This document shows, in pieces, positions 13,701 through 23,815 of a stretch of DNA of 64,000 nt. The DNA is taken from NCBI GenBank assembly GCA_002269645.1, contig NIVC01002627.1:54075-118074 (forward strand), in the 5' to 3' direction. The position numbers were made by a program, and so were the translations under genes. How positions within the stretch are numbered: position 1 is the first letter of the stretch; every line of letters starts with the position of its first letter. A model generated the notes under the pieces. That model saw only the letters and a list, made by a program, of their open reading frames with translations. It was not told the origin of the DNA and ran no database searches. Origin of the DNA: Macrostomum lignano (lineage: Eukaryota).

Positions 13701-14760
13701 CTAGGCGCCAAAATGGTTGTCTAGGCGCCAAAATGATTGTCTAGGCGCCAAAACGATTTTCTAGGCGCCAAAATGGTTATTTGTGAGCCAAAATGGTTGC
13801 CTAGGCGCCAAAATGGTGTTCTAGATGCCAAAATGGTTTTCTAGACGCCAAAATGGTTGCCTAGGCGCCAAAATGGTTGTCTAGGCACCAAAATGGTTTT
13901 CTAGAAACCAAAATGATTGTCTAGGCGCCAAAATGATTTTCTAGACGCCAAAATGATTGTCTAGTCGCCAAAATGATTTTCTAGACGCCAAAATGGTTGC
14001 CTAGGCGCCAAAATGGTTTTCTAGACGCCAAAATGATTGTCTAGTCGCCAAAATGATTTTCTAGACGCCAAAATGGTTGCCTAGGCGCCAAAATGGTTTT
14101 CTAGACGCCAAAATGGTTTTCTAGACGCCAAAATGGTTGCCTAGGCGCAAAAATGGTTGTCTAGGCACCAAAATGGTTTTCTAGAAACCAAAATGATTGT
14201 CTAGGCGCCAAAATGATTTTCTAGACGCCAAAATGATTGTCTAGTCGCCAAAATGATTTTCTAGACGCCAAAATGGTTGCCTAGGCGCCAAAATGGTTTT
14301 CTAGACGCCAAAATGATTTTCTAGACGCCAAAATGGTTGCCTAGGCGCCAAAATGGTTGTCTAGGCACCAAAATGGTTTTCTAGAAACCAAAATGATTGT
14401 CTAGGCGCCAAAATGATTTTCTAGACGCCAAAATGATTTTCTAGTCGCCAAAATGATTGTCTAGTCGCCAAAATGGTTGTCTAGGCGCCAAAACGATTTT
14501 CTAGGCGCCAAAATGGTTATTTGTAAGCCAAAATGGTTTTCTAGAAACTAAAATGATTGTCTAGGCGCCAAAATGATTTTCTAGACGCCAAAATGATTGT
14601 CTAGTCGCCAAAATGATTGTCTAGTCGCCAAAATGGTTGTCTAGGCGCCAAAACGATTGTCTAGGCGCCAAAATGGTTATTTGTAAGCCAAAATGGTTGT
14701 CTAGGCGCCAAAATAGTTGGCTAGGCGCCAAAATGAGTCTCTAGGCGCCAAAATGAGTGT
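7775..14760. repeat. ~7-kb 20-bp satellite (CTAG[G/A/T]CGCCAAAATG[G/A]TT[T/G][T/C])n with higher-order duplications
   Basis: Unbroken 20-nt register from 8041 to ~14750; rare variants recur at a 3200-bp offset. Confidence 0.98.
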
Positions 14761-15427
14761 ATGACATAAGCTATTCCACACGGGCTTTGTCACTCTTTGA
14801 ATAATAAATTGCCAATATCGCCAATAGCAAGGTGAGGCCACCTATGCACATTTCGCAATCAACACATCAAAATTTCACCTCCTAAAATTTGTTGACCTTC
14901 CCCAGCTTACGGAGCCTAAAAGTTACACCCCGCTCAATGGCATTAAATAAGGGACCATTTTCAAGTCTATATTGATAATATAATACGTATAATATAGTCT
15001 ATGAATTCGCACATTTCCCCAGCACAATGGGATACCGCGCACCCACATTGTCAATGGACAATCGTTAATAAACACTGCATAATACTGTAATGTCTAATAG
15101 GCATTAGTGAGTGTATAAGTGTAAAGCTTTATTTTTGGGAGAATTTTCCCGAAAGCCCTCCCTCTGTCTGCCTGTGCGCTTTGTTCGGAGTTGGGGGTCT
15201 GTGACTCATATTTTCGACTCGAGAGGGGCCTCGAGGGGCGGACCGTCCCGACCATTCATTTATTTACATAGGCAAAGCGTTGACAGAAGGGAGAGGGGTG
15301 CCCCTTGCCAAGGACTTCTGAAACTCGCAACGATGGACTGGACTGGGAGCTTGGAGGCTTACTAAAACAGTTTTAAACGTCATTTTACCGTTCTGTTACC
15401 GTTTTACAGCTTAGCAGCGGCAGCGAT

Positions 15428-15940
15428 GGCGCCCCCCAGACCTTGCTACTGGCGCCCCCCAGGCCTTGCTACTGGCGCCCCCCAGGCCTTGCTACTGGCG
15501 CCCCCCAGGCCTTGCTACTGGCGCCCCCCAGGCCTTGCTACTGGCGCCCCCAGGCCTTGCTACTGGCGCCCCCCCACGATCCCATGATGGCGCTGATTCC
15601 ACGCCCCCTACATGGCTGGCCCCCCTACGATTGCGCCCCCACGATTTCGCCCCTACGATGGCGCCCCCTATGATAGCGCCCCCTACGATGGCGCCCCCTA
15701 TGATAGTGCCCCCTACGATGGCGCCCCCTACGATGGCGCCCCCTATGATAGCGCCCCTATGATAGCGCCCCTATGATAGCGCCCCTATGATAGCGCCCCT
15801 ATGATAGCGCCCCCTACGATGGCGCCCCCTATGATAGCGCCCCACGATGGCGCCCCCTACGAATACGATGGCGCCCCTATAATAGCGCCCCCTACGATGG
15901 CGCCCCCACGATGGCACCCCCACGATGGCGCCCCCACAAA
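15428..15940. repeat. Compound array: 23-bp (CCTTGCTACTGGCGCCCCCCAGG)n followed by ~15-bp (GCGCCCCCTACGATG)n
   Basis: Two adjacent tandem arrays, 15428-15575 and ~15590-15940. Confidence 0.9.
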
Positions 15941-16489
15941 GTGTCCTTCATTGGTTCTGGCATCAAAGCTGCAGATATAGGAGTTCTGTCAATAAAATAA
16001 ATAGTCATTTTATACCAGCTTCCAGTCCACAAGTGCCATATTCTATGGAAGTCCCTGGTCTTAACGAAAATATCGCCTGACGTCATCGCCAAGGGGTTTT
16101 CGGGAGTTGTGCTACGTGCTTCACTTCCTCGGGCCCCGGCCCTCTTCAGCCCCAGTGAAGAAGAACTGAATCCAACCCAACTATCGCAATCTCCGTTGCC
16201 CCCTGCTTTTACGATCAGAGCCAGAGAGGAGAAATAATTTAGATTTAGATTGATGTGGGCCTTGGGGCTGTTGGGATTCTAGATGTATATATTATAAGCC
16301 CTTTCGGCTTGAAAAGAGGTAACGAAACGAGACAGATGGAAAGCGGGGTATAGCGAGCGATGGCTCTGAATCGGAGCGGGCCATGCGGGACGGCGTTTCA
16401 GAGGAACTGGGGGCGATTCTGAAATTCGAAACCTGTCCTTTGATTAACTGACGAAATCACTGTGCCAACTGCTCTAACTCTTCCCAACT

Positions 16490-17025
16490 GTCTCTCCATC
16501 TCTCTCCCATCTCTCTCCCATCTCTCTACCATCTCTCTACCATCTGTCTACCATCTCTCTCCCATCTTTCTCTCCCCATCTCTCTCCCATCTCTCTCCCA
16601 TCTCTCTACCATCTCTCTACCATCTCTCTCCCATCTCTCTACCATCTCTCTACCATCTCTCTACCATCTCTCTCCCATCTCTCTACCATCTCTCTACCAT
16701 CTCTCTATCATCTCTCTACCATCTCTCTACCATCTCTCTCCCATCTCTCTACCATCTCTCTCCCATCTCTCTCCCATCTTTCTCTCCCCATCTCTCTCCC
16801 ATCTCTCTCCCATCTCTCTACCATCTCTCTCCCATCTCTCTACCATCTCTCTCCCATCTCTCTACCATCTCTCTCCCATCTCTCTCCCATCTCTCTACCA
16901 TCTCTCTCCCATCTCTCTCCCATCTCTCTACCATCTCTCTACCATCTCTCTCCCATCTCTCTCCCATCTCTCTCCCATGTCTCTCCCATCCCTCCCCTCC
17001 ATTTCTCTCCCATCTCTCTCTCCCA
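16490..17025. repeat. CT-rich ~11-bp repeat (CCATCTCTCT[A/C])n
   Basis: Tandem CCATCTCTCT units. Confidence 0.92.
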
Positions 17026-17802
17026 ATGTCCAAATATTTTTCTTTTCCTAATTTCCTAATCGAATGCCTTTTAATTTATCAACTTATTTGTCCGTTTACT
17101 AGCTAGCTAGGAAATTTTTTTTTTACCAAAATAAATACAAAAAAAAGAATTTTGTTGAGTTCGATTGCTTTTTGACTCAACTTGACTACTGGTTAGATTA
17201 TTTAGCAAAATAGACTCTAAGAACTGAACAAAGTAAATGCGAAAATTATACTCGATAATAATTTGCGATTGATCCTCTGCCCAAGGCCCAATGCAACCTG
17301 ACCCCACGCATCCAAGCGTCGAACTGCTCTGTCAGATTGCGTGGTAATGATATCGTAGATTCCTATAAGACTGCACGATTCGATGCTTGATATGAGCCTA
17401 ATACGTTCGCATAATACGATCTATATAAAACGTAATTCGAATAAGCACGGTTGGCTTGGTCTGGGTCTATGTTGAGAGAGAGTCGATTGTGTTGACTCGA
17501 ATCTTGAATGAAGGCTTCGAGCGAGGAGTAAAGAAAACACAGCGAGGGGTGCATTAGCATCGAAGCTTTGTCACCAACTTTTTCGGTTTCGGGTTGAAAG
17601 TGGAGCGATCTGTCAATTGGGGACAGGCCTGGTGTTTAGTTTTTGGGCTAGGAAGAATGGAGAGATCGAGGTGTCAAAAAAACGCTTTGGGTTGCAGATG
17701 GTGTTCGCTTCGTTCTCAATTCGACGCTGTGGGGGGGGGCGATCCGGGGCCAAAAAAGTGACAAAATCCAGGCGCCTTCGGCTTCGTGTAGCTCTGTCAC
17801 TC

Positions 17803-18438
17803 TGCTAAAATGAGTGCCTGCGGCGCTAAAATGAGTGCCTGCGGCGCCAAAATGAGTGCCTGCGGCGCTAAAATGAGTGTCTGCGGCGCTAAAATGAGTG
17901 CCTGCGGCGCTAAAATGAGTGTCTGCGGCGCTAAAATGAGTGCTTGCGGCGCTAAAATGAGTGCCTGCGGCGCCAAAATGAGTGCCTGCGGCGCTAAAAT
18001 GAGTGCTTGCGGCGCTAAAATGAGTGCTTGCGGCGCTAAAATGAGTGCCTGCGGCGCTAAAATGAGTGTCTGCGGCGCCAAAATGAGTGCCTGCGGCGCT
18101 AAAATGAGTGCCTGCGGCGCTAAAATGAGTGCCTGCGGCGCTTAAATGAGTGCTTGCGGCGCTTAATGAGTGCCTGCGGCGCTAAAATGAGTGCCTGTGG
18201 CGCTAAAATGAGTGTCTGCGGCGCTAAAATGAGTGCCTGTGGCGCTAAAATGAGTGCCTGCGGAGCTAAAATGAGTGCCTGCGGCGCTAAAATGAGTGTC
18301 TGCGGCGCTAAAATGAGTGCTTGCGGCGCTAAAATGAGTGTCTGCGGCGCTAAAATGAGTGCCTGCGGCGCTAAAATGAGTGTCTGCGGCGCTAAAATGA
18401 GTGCCTGCGGCGCTAAAATGAGTGTCTGCGGCGCCAAA
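17803..18438. repeat. 21-bp minisatellite (AAAATGAGTG[C/T]CTGCGGCGC[T/C])n, ~0.7 kb upstream of cdc25
   Basis: Tandem units; source of the spurious MSACGAK ORFs. Confidence 0.96.
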
Positions 18439-19160
18439 AATCCATGGCAACGCCCCTGTTATCATTAATAAGTGTGTACGCAGAGTAATTCGTAAACCGT
18501 CGGCAAATAGTCCGCTAATATGCATCATATAATTCAAATTAAAGATAAGCTGACTGAGTCGAGTCGTGCAGCAAACAACGCAGACACACAGCTGATTATA
18601 TTACACTTGTGCCTTAAATTAGTATTATAATCGTAGTCTATTTAGTCTGTATCGGGTAAAGGGCGCCTATGTACGCGGGGAGCGTGTTGTTTAGTCAAAT
18701 TGTACATTGGCTGTTTCAACCAACCAAAGCTATCGGTTGTAAAAATCAGCTGTTTGGCCACGGGCGGGTGGCGGGTGAAGAGGGGGTTGGCAGGCCCCTT
18801 ATTGGTTGGCCCCTCCTCAATTCAGTCTGGCAGGCCTCACTCCTTCGCTTTACTCTTTTTACCCCTTGGTCCAAGCCAAACTGCAAAACAACCTTCCCCC
18901 GAAAAGTGTGTGGGGAGGCAAGCGATGCAACCCACCCTCCATTTCGTTAAAAAAAGGACCCGGACTGAAGGGTCCACAAGAAGCCTTAAATATCGGAAAT
19001 CTTGCACTTACAATTAATTCACTCGCGTTTGCCTCGCGTCTCCCCCGGTGTGGCAGTTGTGTAGTGGTGGCCCTTGTTTGATTTTACAATTTAGAATTCA
19101 CTTCCCCGATAGTTTTAGTTCTTATTTAGTTACTTCAGATTAATAATAAACAAAGCAATA

Positions 19161-21164
19161 ATGGACGTGTCTTTTACAACTGACCGAGAAAGCTTCAGCC
19201 CTGCAGCTTCAGCAACAGTGGGCACCAATGCTCGGATGCCATTCAGCGATTCAGCAGGGCTTTTCAACTTCAGCCTAGAAGACTGCAGCCACGACGATTC
19301 TTTTATGCGATTCGTCAATTCTCCGAATTCTGCCGCCGTCAACGCCGCTTTGACTCTGCCGGCGCCTTTGTCTTTTGACGACGATGACGATGATGAGGAC
19401 GATGTATCAACGACCGCCTGCGGCATGGACTGGGGCATCGGCGCTGCCGTTGCCTTTCGCCCGTCGCCGTCGGAGCCCTCAAGACGCCTGCCAGCTGGTC
19501 AGCCGCTGGCCTCCGAGCTGCCCCGGCTCCCATCGGCTCCGCCGCCTCAGCCTCCGTCATCGTCGTCGGCGTGGCGTAGTCGTCGCCTGTCCTGCAAGAA
19601 GCGGCCGTCGCCGATGTCTGTCGACACGCTGAACGACGTGACAACAACTTCTGCCGACTTCGCCATCGACATTGACGACGTTGAGGACAAGGACGAAGAC
19701 AGCGAGAACCGGTGTCCGAACAGCGGCGCCAACAAGTGCGGCACGCCGAAACGCCGACGCCTGGGCCGGCCGCTCGGCGACCTGACCAATTCAACTACGC
19801 CGACATTCAAGAAGCCGCCAACGAAGACTTTCTCCACTGTTGCCTCCACCGTCCCCGTCGCTGCGCCTGCGGCTGCGTTGCACCGGTGCGCCAGCGAGAT
19901 CGCGTGCAGCAGCAGTGTCGACGGCACCCCGGTAACAGTCGCCCCAGCCTGCATCGCCAGGAGTCAGCGGCCACAGCCTTGGATTCAGCCCGCGTCGACC
20001 GGGCCATCGCGTCCATCGACTCGCTGAACCTGATTGGCAACTCCGAGCAGCGGCACGCCCTGCCAACCGTCAAGGAGTTGGATTATGGCATTCGTCACGT
20101 GACCAGCGACACCGTCAGCCGGCTGGTGAACGGAGAATTCTCCAGTACGGTGTCCAGCTACGCCATCATTGACTGCCGCTATCCCTACGAATTCTCAGGC
20201 GGCCACATTCAAGGCGCCGTCAACGTTTTTACTCAGGTTAGCTTTCATTGTCAAAGTTATCCTGTTTTTCTACTTATAGTAGAGTAGTTAGAAGTAAGTG
20301 TAATTTTTTATTTCTAAATTTAATTGAAATTTGGCTTGTAAAGTAAATAATCTAAAGTTATCTACACTACATATCGACGTGATGACTGCTCGCTTTCCAA
20401 ACATTTTTACCTAACAAATCCCAACTCAACCCTCCCAGGAGGACCTTCTCCGCCGATTCCTCGAGCCGGCCAGCCAGGCTGCTGCAGTCCCGGCGACCAA
20501 GGCCTCTGTGTTAATCTTTCACTGCGAGTTCAGCAGCGAACGGGCGCCAAAATTAGCGCGCTTTCTGCGTCAACGGGACCGCGAGGCCAACGTGTGCAAT
20601 TATCCGGATTTGTTCTATCCGGAGGTCTACGTGCTGCAAGGCGGTTACAAGGCCTTCTACGATGCGTTCAAGGTGAGCGGCTTGGGTGCTGTCAGGGGAG
20701 GGCTTCGACGTGACAGCATCATTCTCTGGGCTCGAGCATGTATTCTGCTCTCTACCCTTCTGTGCTTCCTTCTACTGTCTACCCCTCCTGTCTACCCCTC
20801 CTGTCTACCCTTCTACTGCCTACCCCTCATGCTCCTGTCTACCCTTCCTGTCTACTCTTCTACTGTCTACCCTTCGACTTTCCATGCTTCACTCTACTGT
20901 CTACCACTCTCTTCACCCTACCTCTTATTCTACTGCTACTAACACTAGTGGTCTTATCAAGGGGGAGCGTGTTAATACGCTGAACTACTCAACAACAACC
21001 AAAACTTGCAGTCGAACTGCCAGCCGGCAAAGTACGTGAAGATGGTTGACCCGGAGCACAAAGCCGAGCTGACCCATTTCCAGCGCCTGACCCGTTCCTG
21101 GGAGCGGCAGCACAGTCGCAGTAAGCACAGCCGACTCGTGGCCGCCAGTAAAGTTCTGTTCTAA
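19161..21164 (+). CDS. cdc25: Cdc25/String dual-specificity phosphatase; exons 19161-20236, 20439-20672, 21012-21164; one -1 frameshift near 19927-19930
   Basis: Rhodanese-fold motifs LIGN...[24 protein letters not shown], active site [12 protein letters not shown] (HCX5R), [15 protein letters not shown] and C-terminal CQPAKYVKM. Both introns are GT-AG phase 0. The N-terminal region carries [12 protein letters not shown] and LHRCASE. Confidence 0.95.
20740..20940. repeat. Degenerate (TCTACTGTCTACCC)-like repeat in cdc25 intron 2
   Basis: Recurrent CTACTG/TCTACCC motifs. Confidence 0.75.
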
Positions 21165-22369
21165 TTTAAATTGATCTACCTTAAGTTTTTTAACCGTTGA
21201 CTTTAATTTATAATAATTGATACCAGGACAACTTGTACTGACCGGTTTTTGCTGCCTAAAAAATGTACGATTTTAAGCGATAATTGATATTATAATTTAT
21301 ACCTTATTGTGAATTAAATTATTAAGAGTGAAAAAAATTTAAGGAGTAAAAACCGGTCTGGAGCAAAAGTCATCACAAGATCCCACTTTGTGCAACGCGG
21401 CTTGGCCTTTTTGTCTGCCGTGGTGTGTGTGCGTGTGTTTTGTAACAAAGCTTGTGTAACGATTTAAAAGAAAAAAGTGATGTATAATTGCAAAATTAGC
21501 GCCATGTATAAAACACTAATTGTCTAATTAATTAGCATGTTTTAGAACTATCGTAATTATTTATAGTACAGGTTGCAATGACATTTGTTCTCTAACACTT
21601 TGTGTGCCTCTGCCATAACACAAAAGGTGTTAGTTGGATTCATGAAGCATTCAAGTCCATTATTTCTAACGAACGGCTTTCGCAAAAATGTCTATTAAAT
21701 TATAAGGGCCCAGTTTTCTGTAAATCAATATTTGTTATATTTTTTGTAATATTTTGAATGTTGTCATTAATATTTTTTGCAAAATTTGTTTATTCTCTTG
21801 CGCTATCCGCCGGTATATTGTAAAAAAATGTGCATATTATTTATATCTACAATGCTAGCTACTAACAGCAGTGTATTGCGAAAAAATCTATTTTATCAAA
21901 ATATGTATAAAATGTCTGGAACTTCTTTTCTAAACATCTGTTTTAGCCATACTCTAGCCTTCTTTAAAATCATTAGAAAAATTGCAAAAATAGCTATAAT
22001 AAGCATTTACATTTGTCATTGCGCCTTATTAACTGGCGTTAGTTTTATTAGTTTTATTATAAATTGCTTCCTCAATCAATCTTGCTGTTGATCAGCGGTA
22101 ACCAACTAATTGGATTCCAAGCATTTCCACAATTAGCGCAACTGTTAATAAAATTTGACTGTTTTAAAATCAAATAACTTGTCGATGATGTTAAAATATA
22201 ATTGTTGAAGGTATGTATGATGCCAGCAAGTTTGGAAGCAAAAATTTTAATTGCATATCGCATCATTTGTAATTGCAAGTTACATCAGTTTTTGTCGTCG
22301 TTTCAACTAAATTTTTAAATCCTTTTTACCTCAAATATCTCCAATGAGGAAACAATAAAATATTCGTGA

Positions 22370-22905
22370 GGGAAGGGCTAGGGTCGAATGGAAAGGGGTA
22401 GAGTGGAGCGTGAAGGGCTAGGGTGAAGTGGGAAGGGGTAGGGTGGAGTGGGAACGGGTAGGGTGAAGTGGGAAGGGGTAGGGTGGAGTGGTAAGGGGTA
22501 GGGTAGAGAGGGGTACAGAGAGTAAGGTGGGAAGGGTTGAGTCGAGTGGGAAGGGGTAGGGTTAAAGTGAAAAGGGGTAGGGTGAATTGGGAAGGGGTAG
22601 GGTGACTTAGAAAGGGGTAGGGTGAAGTGGTAAGGGGTAGGGTGAAGTGGGAAAGGGGTACAGAGTAAGGTGGGAAGGGTTGAGTCGAGTGTGAAAGGAT
22701 AGGGTAGAGTGCGAAGAGGTAGATTGGAGTGGGTAGGGGTAGGGTGAGGTGAGAAGGGGTAGGATGATTTGGGAAGGGGTAGGGTGAAGTGGTAAGGGGT
22801 AGGGTGAATTGGGAAGGGGTAGGGTGGAGTGGGAAGGGGTAGGTAGGGTGAAGTGGGAAAGGGGTAGAGTAAGGTGGGAAAGGTTGGGTCGAGTGGGAAG
22901 GGGTA
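22370..22905. repeat. G-rich ~20-bp minisatellite (GGGAAGGGGTAGGGTGAAGT)n
   Basis: Tandem G-tract units. Confidence 0.9.
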
Positions 22906-23815
22906 AGACTAGTAGGAGTCCGGAGAACGGCACTGCAAAAAACAGCATTTTTCTGGGTAACAATTCGATCGAAACACTGCAGACTCGTTTTATTTGCAAA
23001 TCGCGGGAGTACAGAAAGTGAGAGGTTATTAAGAATTTTTAGTGCTTAAACTAGAAATCTGGGCCCTCTCCCACACAGAAAGGAATAAATTATTTTAAAC
23101 TACGTAATACTTTTCCGACAGTATCCTGCAGGCCAGTCAATTATAAGTGTGCAAAGCAATACAAAGCAATTAAAACAAAGCATGCTCAGCTTAACAGATT
23201 GAGCCCTCCATGAGCAGGTGGAGCGGCTCTGCTGACTATCAACTGTCTCTTGTCATCCCAGCAAGGGGCCAGGGTTTCACAATTGATGGGTTCGGCCTTT
23301 TTAAGCCTATAGCTTCGGGCCTCAGAACTCAGAAATGAATCTCTTAGAACTCTGGCCTCTCTCACTCCTGTCAGATGGTCAGCCCCGTGGTAGCTAGATT
23401 GTGGGCGAGCAGCAAGGTCCTATAGCTAAGAGAAGACAGCGAGAGACAAGCAGGGAGAATTTGAAAGGTAGAGATTAGCTAATCCACAGATTAACTGACC
23501 CGCTGCCACCAGTCCGTGCGCCCCGGCTCACCAAACCGGAGCTATCGAAATCGGACTTCCGACTAGAGGGGCACTGCACTTACCTGCCATCTAGTGTCTT
23601 TTAGCTGTCTATATCTCGAAGTCATAGCTGAATAGAAGGGACGCTGCTGGGACTAAGATCGCATTGGCCATGCAGGGACAGAGAGGACTTCTGCAGGGGG
23701 TTCTTGCGCTGGCGAGCCTTTATACACCACTAAATGTACTATTTCATTACCGAATTCCCAGAAGTACATGTACAAGTACACGTAACTGCACACTTTTGGC
23801 ACTAAATTTGAGCTT

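Noticed and set aside
16078-16085. CRE palindrome TGACGTCA
   Set aside because: A single 8-mer with no associated transcription unit.
19932-19938. GTAACAG as a micro-intron fixing the cdc25 frame
   Set aside because: Seven nt is too short, and its length (1 mod 3) does not restore the frame, which needs 2 mod 3.
22370-22905. G-quadruplex-capable or telomere-like tract
   Set aside because: Not (TTAGGG)n; G4 potential is generic for G-rich minisatellites. Kept as a repeat only.
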